This document shows, piece after piece, positions 50,733-60,257 of a stretch of 64,000 nt of DNA. A program made the position numbers and the translations under genes. How positions within the stretch are numbered: position 1 is the first letter of the stretch; each line of letters begins with the position of its first letter. The stretch spans positions 224,001 through 288,000 of the forward strand of contig CAWDEM010000008.1 in NCBI GenBank assembly GCA_963801355.1, in the 5' to 3' direction. Source of the stretch: Ignavibacteriota bacterium (GTDB taxonomy: Bacteria; Bacteroidota; Ignavibacteria; UBA10030; UBA6906). The notes below the pieces were generated by a model. It was not told where the DNA came from. It did no database searches and saw nothing but the letters and a program-made list of their open reading frames with translations.

Positions 50733-50887
50733 GCCTTAGGTTCAACTCGCGGCTCTCCAATCGGGGAACCGCATGCTCCTGGCCGTGTCCATGCTCCGGG
50801 CCATGTACTTGAGCTTCTCAAGTGGTGGAAGGCGTTTCACAACTGGATATGTGTCAGGCAGCTCAAAAAATCTCGAGATAAAATATC

Positions 50888-52633
50888 ATGAAGAACAAGA
50901 AAGCACAGTCTCATAGTGATGTCTTCCCAAAATCCCGCACATATATTCAAGGATTGGACGAGATCACCGACGGGGGATTACCCAAAGGCAGAGCGACGCT
51001 TGTGTGCGGTGGTGCGGGTTGCGGGAAGACACTCTTCGCCATGGAGTTTCTCGTCTACGGAGCAACGCAGTGCAATGAAAAGGGCGTCTTCGTTTCATTT
51101 GAGGAAACGGCGAAAGAACTCACTGCAAACGTTGCCTCGTTGGGGTTCGATTTGGACAACCTTGTAGAGCGCAAAAAGATGAAGATTGAACATATTCGGG
51201 TTGATCAGGGCGATTTGAAACTGGACGGCGAATACGATTTGGTCGCTCTGTTTATCAGGATCCAGGATGCGATCGAGAACATCGGGGCCAAGCGTATTGT
51301 GTTGGATACCATAGAGTCCCTCTTTTCAGGGTTGCCAAATCCTCTCATGCTGCGCACTGAATTGCGCCGGTTATTGCGCTGGCTCAAGAGGAAGGGCGTG
51401 ACAACAATTATTACCGCAGAGCGGGGCGATGGTACGTTAACGCGTCACGGTTTGGAGGAGTACGTGTCCGACTGTGTTATCCTGCTCGATCATCGAGTGA
51501 GCGATCAATCATCCATACGGCGGCTGCGCATTGTCAAATATCGTGGTTCAATGCACGGTACCAATGAGTATCCATTCCTTATTGATGAAGACGGTTTTTC
51601 TGTTCTGCCCATCACTTCCCTGGGACTGAACTTCTCTTCATCCCGCAAAAGAATTTCCACAGGCATTCCCCGTCTTGACACCATGCTCTCCGGCAAAGGT
51701 TACTTCCGCGGCAGTACGGTACTTGTCTCAGGTACCGCCGGTACAGGCAAGACGAGCATTGCTTCGCAATTTGTTGAAGCTGCATGCAAGAGGGGAGAAC
51801 GCGTGCTGTTCTTCACTTTCGAAGAATCCCCGAGTCAGCTTGTGCGCAATATGAAGTCGATCGGGATACAGTTGGAACCCTGGATACAAAAAGGATTGCT
51901 TCAGTTTCATGCAACCCGTCCGACACACTATGGCCTGGAAACTCACCTGACGACGAGCATAAAGCTGATCAATAGATTCGATCCTCAGATCGTTATTCTC
52001 GACCCGATAAATGCATTCGTTACAGGTGAGAACCACACCGACGTCAAAACAATGCTGCTGCGTCTTGTGGATTTTTTGAAGATGAAGCGGATAACCTCGT
52101 TCTTCACAAGCCTCACTTCCACCGGCGATGCTCTGGAGATCACCGATGCGTACATCTCGTCCTTGATAGATACCTGGTTGCTCCTCCGTGACATTGAGAT
52201 TGGAGGTGAACGCAATAGAGGATTGTACGTTCTTAAATCGCGCGGCATGGAGCATTCCAATCAGATTCGTGAGTTCAAGCTGACAAACCATGGTATCCAA
52301 CTGCTTGATGTCTATGTTGGCGCGGACGGTGTCCTGACGGGCTCAGCGCGCCTATCACAAGAGGCGAAGGAAGAAGCCGAACAATTGTTGCACCAGCAGG
52401 AAATTGTACGCAAACAGATTGGATTGAAGCGCAAGCATGAAGCAGTGGAAGCTCAGATTCTCCTGTTACGGTCTGAATTAGAAGCTGAAGAAGCAGAGGC
52501 GCTCAAGGCTATCGAAATTGACAAATCGAGAGTTGACCGTTTCGCCCGGGACAAGAGAAGAATGGCAAAGAGTCGAAGGAGTGATGTTCACACAAGACTG
52601 GCCGGAACAAAAACGAAAAAGGTGTCATCATAG
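50888..52633 (+). CDS. kaiC: Double-domain KaiC ATPase/autokinase with a C-terminal coiled coil
   Basis: Walker A GGAGCGKT and GTAGTGKT, FEE in both halves, KYRGS and KSRG, ISSLIDTW phosphosite region. Confidence 0.93.
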   Translation: MKNKKAQSHSDVFPKSRTYIQGLDEITDGGLPKGRATLVCGGAGCGKTLFAMEFLVYGATQCNEKGVFVSFEETAKELTANVASLGFDLDNLVERKKMKIEHIRVDQGDLKLDGEYDLVALFIRIQDAIENIGAKRIVLDTIESLFSGLPNPLMLRTELRRLLRWLKRKGVTTIITAERGDGTLTRHGLEEYVSDCVILLDHRVSDQSSIRRLRIVKYRGSMHGTNEYPFLIDEDGFSVLPITSLGLNFSSSRKRISTGIPRLDTMLSGKGYFRGSTVLVSGTAGTGKTSIASQFVEAACKRGERVLFFTFEESPSQLVRNMKSIGIQLEPWIQKGLLQFHATRPTHYGLETHLTTSIKLINRFDPQIVILDPINAFVTGENHTDVKTMLLRLVDFLKMKRITSFFTSLTSTGDALEITDAYISSLIDTWLLLRDIEIGGERNRGLYVLKSRGMEHSNQIREFKLTNHGIQLLDVYVGADGVLTGSARLSQEAKEEAEQLLHQQEIVRKQIGLKRKHEAVEAQILLLRSELEAEEAEALKAIEIDKSRVDRFARDKRRMAKSRRSDVHTRLAGTKTKKVSS

Positions 52634-52651
52634 AGGCGTTAACCCGGCTCC

Positions 52652-53110
52652 TCAAGGACCCGGTATTTGCCCCGGGCCGAGATTCTCATCAAGGTGCCTG
52701 AACAACATCGTATAGCAGCTGATCAATTCCTCTTCATCGGAACGTGTGAGCACAATCTGCTCGTCTCCATAGACGAACGATGCAAGAACCGAGACCTCGC
52801 GTTGCGTCTTCGGCCTGATCTTGAGAACCATTAAGATTCTCTTGTTGGTCACGGCCTCATTGACCAATCCGGCCTCCGAGGAAGAGACGCTCAGATTCTT
52901 GTGTCCAATGATCCTTCCTGACTCCTGCTCAAATCTCTCCAGACGGAATCCTTCGTGTATGCTGAACAGACGCACCTGGTCAAAGAACGCAGGCACGGTT
53001 GCCGCGTAGATGCGTGTAGGATTGATATCCCTCAGCCTGGTCCTTTCTGTGGAAGCACAGCTGAGGCCGACACATAGAAGCATGATCGGGAGAGCGTGAT
53101 GACTTGTCAT
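52652..53110 (-). CDS. Hypothetical lipoprotein
   Basis: Signal peptide with LSC lipobox; fills the gap on the minus strand next to the upstream gene. Confidence 0.6.
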   Translation of the reverse strand: MTSHHALPIMLLCVGLSCASTERTRLRDINPTRIYAATVPAFFDQVRLFSIHEGFRLERFEQESGRIIGHKNLSVSSSEAGLVNEAVTNKRILMVLKIRPKTQREVSVLASFVYGDEQIVLTRSDEEELISCYTMLFRHLDENLGPGQIPGP

Positions 53111-53125
53111 AGGTCCTCTGCTATC

Positions 53126-54154
53126 TTAGTCGGTGGGAAGCATCTCTGCCACCCGGTCTTCCAGCCAATCGCCAAGGGTTTCGAAGCAGAGGGGATTGGC
53201 AAGATGCCCGCGATCATCCATAACGGCAACTCTTTTGTTCAACGTAATGTAGCTGGTCCGCCTCCGCCAGCCCCGGTACTGGACTTTCAGCCATCCATCA
53301 AACGAAAACTGCCACAGCCCCGAATCCGCCAATGGCGTGAGGCTGAACGCGTCGGCGGTGAGGGGATGCTCGAGTCCGTCGCGCAACGCCGTTATAGAGC
53401 CGATGTGAGCGGTGAATCCTTCCTGCTCCAATGTGCCGCGGACGAGAGACTTCAGAAAGTGTGCAAATGAACCATGGTAACTGAGCTGACGGTTTGTCTC
53501 CCACTCCTTCTTCATGTCGTTCGTCGCCCCCTCTATTTCCTCGAATCGCGGGTACACGAGGTACTGCCCCCCTCCTTCGTCAGTGTTCCATGCGAACTTC
53601 GACAGCACGATGGACAGCCGGTACCCCAGGGCATTGTTCTCGACACGAACGATGCTGTCCGTAGAGGCTATCAGCAGGCGCGTCACACTGTCCCTGCGCA
53701 GGTTGATGACCTCGGGATTGAGCAGGCGTGTTTCATCCGCATTGGATGTCTGTCCGATGAATTCCCGCACGAACAGCTTGAGGAGCTTCCTCCACTCCAT
53801 GGGCGCGACGGCAACCGACTGTATCTCCTCGGTCTCCAACAAGCGGGGCTCAAGGATGAAGGTCAATTGGAGCGAATCGGCCACCGCGACATGAACCTGC
53901 CTTGCCTGGAATTGGAATCCCACCAGTGACACCACGAGCGTATAGACGCCAGGCGGGAACCCGGTGACGCGGAAACTGCCGTCAATTCCGGTGCCGGTCC
54001 CGTAGGGAGTGTTAGCCAGAAAAACGTTCGCGTTCGCCAGCGGTGTCCCGCGTTCGCCATCCAGGACCCTCCCGGCTATTGTCGCGTGCTGCGCGGCCAA
54101 ACGGCCGGCACAACAGAACAGCAGCAGGAGGATGAACATCCCCGATCTTTTCAT
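53126..54154 (-). CDS. Carboxypeptidase-like regulatory domain protein
   Basis: IAGRVLD..GTPL..ANVFLANT, YTLVVS.VG, LLNPEVI, ENNALGY, YHGS..HFLKSL. Confidence 0.8.
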   Translation of the reverse strand: MKRSGMFILLLLFCCAGRLAAQHATIAGRVLDGERGTPLANANVFLANTPYGTGTGIDGSFRVTGFPPGVYTLVVSLVGFQFQARQVHVAVADSLQLTFILEPRLLETEEIQSVAVAPMEWRKLLKLFVREFIGQTSNADETRLLNPEVINLRRDSVTRLLIASTDSIVRVENNALGYRLSIVLSKFAWNTDEGGGQYLVYPRFEEIEGATNDMKKEWETNRQLSYHGSFAHFLKSLVRGTLEQEGFTAHIGSITALRDGLEHPLTADAFSLTPLADSGLWQFSFDGWLKVQYRGWRRRTSYITLNKRVAVMDDRGHLANPLCFETLGDWLEDRVAEMLPTD

Positions 54155-54304
54155 TGCGCGGAACGCCCTCCCCGAGAGGATCGTTGGCTGAGATGCATAA
54201 CCGGAGTATACACGAAACGCGAGTCACCTGCAATATCGCGGTTCTTGTGAGGTAACAGGCGCAAGGAAACTACTTCAATTGATCGGCCGATTCATTAGCG
54301 ATAC

Positions 54305-57300
54305 TTAGCGAAGTACCATCATCTTGTTCACCTGCACAAATCGTTTCCCCGGATCGCCCAGGGTCGTTGCTTCGAGCCTGTAGAAATATACGCCACTTGC
54401 AACAACGTTTCCTTCGCTGTTCCTCCCGTTCCACTGTGCGTTGACTTCGCCAGGGTATTGACTTGTGCTCAGGAGAGTCTCGACTTCTCGTCCCAGCAGA
54501 TCGTAGACCTTCAGCGTCACATAGCTCGGATCAGGAACCGTGAACCTGACCGTAGTCCCAGCATTGAATGGATTCGGAAAGTTCTGGTACAGCTGATACG
54601 AGGCCGGAATATAGTCATTCCTGTCGAGTACGAACGTCCACCAGTCCGTCGAACTGGGTGCGTGGTATGTGTCAATGCGTAGCTCCGCGCCCGTACGGAA
54701 GTTGACACGGCGTGCCGGGTACCCGATCCACATCAATGGAACATGCATGGTGGAAATGTCGACTTGAAGGGCGGGATCGGGCGTTTCACTGTACGGTGCA
54801 TCGAATATGAAGAACCACTCTCTGGGACCATCGGCGGCTCCGTTATCATACGGCGTACCTGACAGGGGGGGCTCGTATTTCCCATCCACAAGCCCGAGCG
54901 CGACATTGTTCTCCAGAAATCCTACCATGAGCCGCCGCCGCGGGTTCTCACTGACATCATATGCCGAAAAGGGAAGGCTCCGGGTGTAGTCCTGATAGGC
55001 AAAGACCCCCGACGTATTCCTGATGAAAGAGCTGAACTCCGGCTTTGCGGGGGGAGCACCTGCATTTTGCAGATAGCGGTACGCAAAGCTATTCGCCGAA
55101 TCTGAGGCGGGGGCCGATGCCGACGAGAAGACGATCCGAATGGCATGCTGTCGACTATAGCCGACACCCCCTGACGGCCAATGGTCAAATGCGTTCCCGA
55201 TCGTGCCGCCAAATCCCTCAAGCCCCAAAACGTTTGAGACACCGTACGACGTCCATGGCAGTGCACCCTGGACCGTCTGTAGATTTCTCATCGTCCCCGT
55301 CCGCACATCTGTTGTCCCGCGCAGTATCTTGAAGCCATCGGTGATAAGGATACTGTGCCCGAGCGAATCGGGCAACCGGTGGTTCAGGAGGAGTACTCTC
55401 CCATCCGTCGAGTCCTTGAGTGTGAACCCGTGGCTGCGCGCGACGTCAATAGAATCAACCCCCCGAATGACATAACGATGATTGGTAAACCGGGCGGGAT
55501 CAACCACCAGGAGGCTGAAGTTCCCTGTTGCCTGGCCTCCACTCTGGAAGAGAGAATAGCCCGCTGGCTTGTATGGCAGAGGAGCAACGGGGAAGGAGAT
55601 CGTGTCGGACCAGACGTTTCGGTTTGCATCTGAGAGAAGCACCGGGATCACAACCTCCGCCTCTGTGAAGTCCGATGGAAGCGTCATCGTACAATAGCTC
55701 TGCGGATCCGCCGATTCATAGTGCATGGCATAGGTCGTGCCGGCTGCCATGAGAGGTATCTGGATCTTTGTCTCTCCGGAGGCCAGCAGGACCTGTCCAG
55801 GGGGAAAGAGGCTGAGACTCCTGACGGTGAAGCCGTACCGAATGTTCTCTCCGGGATTCGCTACTCCATCGTTATTGACATTATCGGAAAAGAGCTTCGG
55901 ATCATCGATGTAGATTGGTCCGGCTGTGGTGATGCCCTCCTGCAGGTTATGCCAGAGGTGGACCAGCCCCGAGTGGTCTGTTATCGACATCGCCAGGGAT
56001 ACCGGAGTAGATTGACGGGGGAGCGTGATACTGGAACCGAACACACCATCTCCTGCAAGCCCTTCTCCATGCAGACCATCATCGAGAATTGCGAATTGTG
56101 TGAGCGTGGAGCCATCGGGACTCTCCAGAAGCACAGTTGCATTCTGTGGATGGCCGGGCCTGAAATCTGCCGTCACCCGTACGGAAGCTTCAAGAGTTGA
56201 AGGATAGGTGACTGAAGCCTCTACTCTGGGAGGAATGGGGCGTGCTGGATCTCTGAAGAATGTACCAACTCTCTCTGCATGGGATTTAAGCAGTTGCACG
56301 CTGGATAACCTGTCGGTGCCTTGCGCCACGAGGTGCGCGAGAACAACTTCCTGTGTGTCACCTGTAGCCATCTGAAAGGGTCCGGTCGAAAGCATGCAGC
56401 GGCGATCGCCGGGGGGAACGAGTGATCCGTCCACCCATCCCTGGGCGGTCACGGGATCACCCGAAAAGGTGAATGTTGTGGCGAGACCCGTTGTCGGGTC
56501 GATGAAAGCGTCGCCGGAATCTGCCGTCGTACCCTTCATATTCCGATACCATTGAATTTCACCTCCAAACCCAGTTGCCGGATCGTGAAACAATCTCGCT
56601 CCGCTCATTATTCCCACAAAAGCGGTCATACCACGATTCCTGTAGCCGTAGCGAAAACCTCCCTGAAACAGAGCTGTATCACCTGGTCCACCTGCAATCA
56701 TCGGGCCCTGCAGCAGTGTGAAGCCGACGGCCGGCGGCGAGGCACCATATGAACCATCGTTCGCCTGGCCGTTGAACGCATAGCCCAGGCTCCTCGAAGA
56801 ATCGCACCCGATAAGATCGTCAGTTGCATCACCGAGATCCGGATCAAACCATTGTGCGATGTACATGCTGTCGATGGGGGCACCACTTGCGTTGATGATC
56901 TTCGTGGCAATGAATATTGTATTTGCGAAAAAATCTCCCCGTGCGTACCCCCAGACCGTCCGTTGGAATTCGAGACCGATGACCGGAGAGCCCGCGAGAC
57001 TGTTGACACGGGCCAGATCGCCATCATTTGCCACATACCAGAGTGTCTGATCAGCCCCGGGACAGCCAGGGATATCAGTCGCAGACTCATAGGTCCCGTT
57101 GCCATTGAGATCACGGTACGGTGCACCATCGGTGGCGGGCCATTCGATCCAGTCTCGGATGTACTGATCGTAGAGCTCCCGTGCCGACACTGGAGCGTAG
57201 CGACTTATCAGTGACACTTCCTGCCGATTGAGAGTCGTCGCCATCGTGGGATCAAAAGGCGTGGCAGGTGTGACGTCAGGTCTGACACGGTAGATCCTGT

Positions 57301-57739
57301 ATCTGGGAAGCGAGGGGTCGTCGGCGACGGGATCTGCCGCAGCCGATCCCGGTGAGAGCACTCTGCCTGCCTGGAGAGCATGCCTGTAGACCGAACCGCC
57401 GACCTTGGGCAGGGAGCGCCCTTTGTGATAGCCTCCCCATACTATCCCGTCTTCGAAGGTGGTTGTCTTTCCACTCCCCTGGGGAAACTCAAATCCACCG
57501 CCGAACCGATCGAGCATGTTGTAGGAGCCGTCGCCGTTGTTCCCGTAGTAGTTGAACACACGATTGATAAGGAAGGGGGCATAGAACTCGTTTGTGACGG
57601 TTTTGACCGGCAACTGGACCTTGGGGGGGTGCTGAGCGAGCACCGGAATGTTTGAAACCAGGAGGGAGAGAACGGCCGCAGCGCAACACACGAGAACATC
57701 TTTTCGCAACGCGGCCCCAATGACCATCGGCTTCACCAA
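54305..57739 (-). CDS. Large secreted T9SS type A CTD protein of unknown function
   Basis: Signal peptide, DPDLGDATDD, PGDRR..STGPF, DDGLHG...DGVF, QNFPNPFN...ASGVYFYRL..KMMVLR. Confidence 0.85.
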   Translation of the reverse strand: MVKPMVIGAALRKDVLVCCAAAVLSLLVSNIPVLAQHPPKVQLPVKTVTNEFYAPFLINRVFNYYGNNGDGSYNMLDRFGGGFEFPQGSGKTTTFEDGIVWGGYHKGRSLPKVGGSVYRHALQAGRVLSPGSAAADPVADDPSLPRYRIYRVRPDVTPATPFDPTMATTLNRQEVSLISRYAPVSARELYDQYIRDWIEWPATDGAPYRDLNGNGTYESATDIPGCPGADQTLWYVANDGDLARVNSLAGSPVIGLEFQRTVWGYARGDFFANTIFIATKIINASGAPIDSMYIAQWFDPDLGDATDDLIGCDSSRSLGYAFNGQANDGSYGASPPAVGFTLLQGPMIAGGPGDTALFQGGFRYGYRNRGMTAFVGIMSGARLFHDPATGFGGEIQWYRNMKGTTADSGDAFIDPTTGLATTFTFSGDPVTAQGWVDGSLVPPGDRRCMLSTGPFQMATGDTQEVVLAHLVAQGTDRLSSVQLLKSHAERVGTFFRDPARPIPPRVEASVTYPSTLEASVRVTADFRPGHPQNATVLLESPDGSTLTQFAILDDGLHGEGLAGDGVFGSSITLPRQSTPVSLAMSITDHSGLVHLWHNLQEGITTAGPIYIDDPKLFSDNVNNDGVANPGENIRYGFTVRSLSLFPPGQVLLASGETKIQIPLMAAGTTYAMHYESADPQSYCTMTLPSDFTEAEVVIPVLLSDANRNVWSDTISFPVAPLPYKPAGYSLFQSGGQATGNFSLLVVDPARFTNHRYVIRGVDSIDVARSHGFTLKDSTDGRVLLLNHRLPDSLGHSILITDGFKILRGTTDVRTGTMRNLQTVQGALPWTSYGVSNVLGLEGFGGTIGNAFDHWPSGGVGYSRQHAIRIVFSSASAPASDSANSFAYRYLQNAGAPPAKPEFSSFIRNTSGVFAYQDYTRSLPFSAYDVSENPRRRLMVGFLENNVALGLVDGKYEPPLSGTPYDNGAADGPREWFFIFDAPYSETPDPALQVDISTMHVPLMWIGYPARRVNFRTGAELRIDTYHAPSSTDWWTFVLDRNDYIPASYQLYQNFPNPFNAGTTVRFTVPDPSYVTLKVYDLLGREVETLLSTSQYPGEVNAQWNGRNSEGNVVASGVYFYRLEATTLGDPGKRFVQVNKMMVLR

Positions 57740-57765
57740 TGGAATCTCAGTGTATGTCTACAGTT

Positions 57766-59883
57766 TCATCGAGCAACCATCTTGTCATCGGAGGGAATCT
57801 TGCGATTATTCAAGATACTTGCCAGTTGTTTCCGTGCAAGCTCAAAGGAGTGGTTGTCTTCCTTGTAGATCGGGTATGTCCTGACCACACCATCGCCGAA
57901 TACTGCCCCGACGCTTTCAACTCTCCCGACGGGGTTGTACCGTTTCCACTGTCTGGCATCATTGAAGGCCGCCGGTACGATGGTATCCACTATTGCAGTT
58001 ACGGCGGTCGGATTCACTCGATCCGCCATGTACAGGTACTCGTAATCCTGAATCCCCCGGCGATACATCTTCATACGAATACTGGCGATAGGCCCCCTGT
58101 ATTTGCGATCATCCCTTGGGAAATATGTTGAGGAAGCATTACCCGGGATCAGCCTCTCTTCCCCGCTATAGAGCCAGGACGCCCCGTGCGCATCGGCGGC
58201 AGCCCAGGGGTTCTGCGTATCCTCCGGCCACCTGGCACCAGGGTACCGGCGTTCCGCCCAGAAGGCCGTTTCCCAGAGCATGTACATGTCCACGTCATAC
58301 TTGAACAGAATCCATGGATTCACCCGCATTTCTGTCGGCGGCAGATCAAGATACGGGATGCCTCCGTAGTCAGGACGCTGACCGTTGTAGACACCAGCAA
58401 GACGATGGCCGCCGGCAGGGGCAGGAAGAGCTCTTACTTTCTCAGCAGTATACACCGGACTTCCGCCGGGATGACCATCCCATCCGCTCTCAACGTTGTA
58501 TCCGAACCACGGGCCGGCAGGGCCGCAACTAAGGAAGGCATCCATTCCTTCCGCCACCAGGTCAATGTTCAGCGGCTCAAGGGGCGGTTCTGGAAATGGC
58601 TTTGTGTACAGATGAGTGGTAACCAGCACCTTCAAGCTCTTTCCTACCCCGGGGTTATTATGCATCCAGTGCAGTTGTTGGACCGTGGTCGGGAGATACC
58701 TGGCGTTGAAATTCAACGGTTCGTCGCATGAATAAAAGAAACGCCAGGCCTTTGGCGCATTGGTGATAAACCACTGCTCCCAGAGGTTTGCGGAGGTCCA
58801 AAATCCTTCCTGCGTGTTCGTCTCAAAGCTCATCCTCTCGGGATGGTGCGGCATGGCAAACTGCCCGATAAGATACATGTTGTCGCCCACACCCGTGCCG
58901 GGGCCCGCGTATCCGCGCGCAGCCGTATAGCCCGCGCCGGTGAGGTAGTCGCCGTAGAACTTCGTCTTTCTTTTGCCGCCCGCGAAATTCTCGTATCGCA
59001 TAACATGGGTCAGGTTCTGGCGATGACGGTGCATCATCAACTTGTACTTGTGGATGAGGCTGATATACTCCGCCGAGAACGTTCCGTCATAGTTCTCCGG
59101 AGGCAACCCGTGGGCCACGACGTTGCTGTAACTCCCAAAGAAGGAATTATGCAGATGAGTTGAGTCTGAGAGCGTGATGTTGTAGACGGTCAGGTTCACC
59201 GGTATGGACTGCATATCCACCCCGCCCTTCGAGACGACGACTTGCCCGTGGTAATCTCCGGCAGGGGAGCTCTTGGGAATGTATATGTCGATCCAGACAC
59301 CTTGTGTGTTGTTTGCGGCAATGTGAAACGGAGCGCCACCTTGCCCGTTGGCATAGTCACCGCTATCGGCCTCGATGGGCACGAGGGCATCAGGCACCCA
59401 GCCCATGTACGCGGAAGTATCCGTGTCAGATCCCACCCGGCCCTTGTGCAGTTGCCTGGTTATTTGCAGGTACTGTTCCACAAACAGTTCGATATTCCGC
59501 CCCACGTACTGAAGCGGATCGTCGGATCTGTTCCTGATGAAGTTTGTGCCGTCAGTCAATCTGTCCAAACGAACATCAAGCCCGGAAACGGCCGAGTCCG
59601 TGGCGATAATGAGCTGGAAGGCAACCACCTCATTCCTTGCTCCTGCAAGAACCACCCTTCCATTGCGCCAGACGGTATTACCCGTGTCATTCCGTGACCA
59701 GTGATTGATGTCGTTCTGTTTGACGCGAATGCCATCGTCGACAGCCCACACAACAATGCCATGAGAGCCGTGGCTTTGAGAAACAACATCGTGTGTATTC
59801 TTTGGTACGCCGGCCTTCTTTGTGCAATCCGTGCTCCCTAAGGCCAGGACAAGGAGACCCGTGATGAGCAGCTGGTATCTCAT
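57766..59883 (-). CDS. Secreted putative glycoside hydrolase with a DUF4091-like C-terminus
   Basis: GARNE.VAFQL, PDALVP, VWIDIYIP..AGDYHG, DEP, SIRMKMYRRGIQDYEYL; signal peptide from ATG 59883. Confidence 0.7.
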   Translation of the reverse strand: MRYQLLITGLLVLALGSTDCTKKAGVPKNTHDVVSQSHGSHGIVVWAVDDGIRVKQNDINHWSRNDTGNTVWRNGRVVLAGARNEVVAFQLIIATDSAVSGLDVRLDRLTDGTNFIRNRSDDPLQYVGRNIELFVEQYLQITRQLHKGRVGSDTDTSAYMGWVPDALVPIEADSGDYANGQGGAPFHIAANNTQGVWIDIYIPKSSPAGDYHGQVVVSKGGVDMQSIPVNLTVYNITLSDSTHLHNSFFGSYSNVVAHGLPPENYDGTFSAEYISLIHKYKLMMHRHRQNLTHVMRYENFAGGKRKTKFYGDYLTGAGYTAARGYAGPGTGVGDNMYLIGQFAMPHHPERMSFETNTQEGFWTSANLWEQWFITNAPKAWRFFYSCDEPLNFNARYLPTTVQQLHWMHNNPGVGKSLKVLVTTHLYTKPFPEPPLEPLNIDLVAEGMDAFLSCGPAGPWFGYNVESGWDGHPGGSPVYTAEKVRALPAPAGGHRLAGVYNGQRPDYGGIPYLDLPPTEMRVNPWILFKYDVDMYMLWETAFWAERRYPGARWPEDTQNPWAAADAHGASWLYSGEERLIPGNASSTYFPRDDRKYRGPIASIRMKMYRRGIQDYEYLYMADRVNPTAVTAIVDTIVPAAFNDARQWKRYNPVGRVESVGAVFGDGVVRTYPIYKEDNHSFELARKQLASILNNRKIPSDDKMVAR

Positions 59884-59998
59884 TGAAGTCACTCTACACA
59901 ACCGTTGCCTGCGGTTCTTGGAAGATGGGCATGATGTGGACATGTGGCAAGAGGTGAGCACTTTCATGCAATAGCGACGTGAGGAAATCGAACATCGG

Positions 59999-60085
59999 CG
60001 GAGAGGGTGGGATTCGAACCCACGATACCCTTACGAGTATACCACCTTTCCAGGGTGGCCAGTTCAACCGCTCCTGCACCTCTCC
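59999..60085 (-). tRNA. tRNA-Ser(GGA), CCA not encoded
   Basis: Minus strand: GGAGAGG/CCTCTCC acceptor, CCACC-CTGGAAA-GGTGG anticodon arm, long variable arm, GGTTCGAATCC. Confidence 0.96.
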
Positions 60086-60257
60086 AGGTGTAGTGCATTC
60101 AAATATAAAAAAAGACCCACCGATTTGCAATTGATTGGGAAGCGATCCGCTCAATCCTGAGGAAATCGATTCATTCGATGTGATGTGGATCGATATAGTC
60201 ATCCCCGGTCTAAGCCGATTCCATTTGTTCTCACGGAATGATATATTGTCCCTCATT

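Noticed and set aside
50542-50887. Hidden kaiB or other small gene upstream of kaiC
   Set aside because: No KaiB-like LxLYV/thioredoxin-fold ORF is visible on either strand
59996-59999. tRNA-Ser (and tRNA-Lys) lacking an encoded CCA as a sign of pseudogenes
   Set aside because: Both cloverleafs are intact, and CCA is commonly added after transcription
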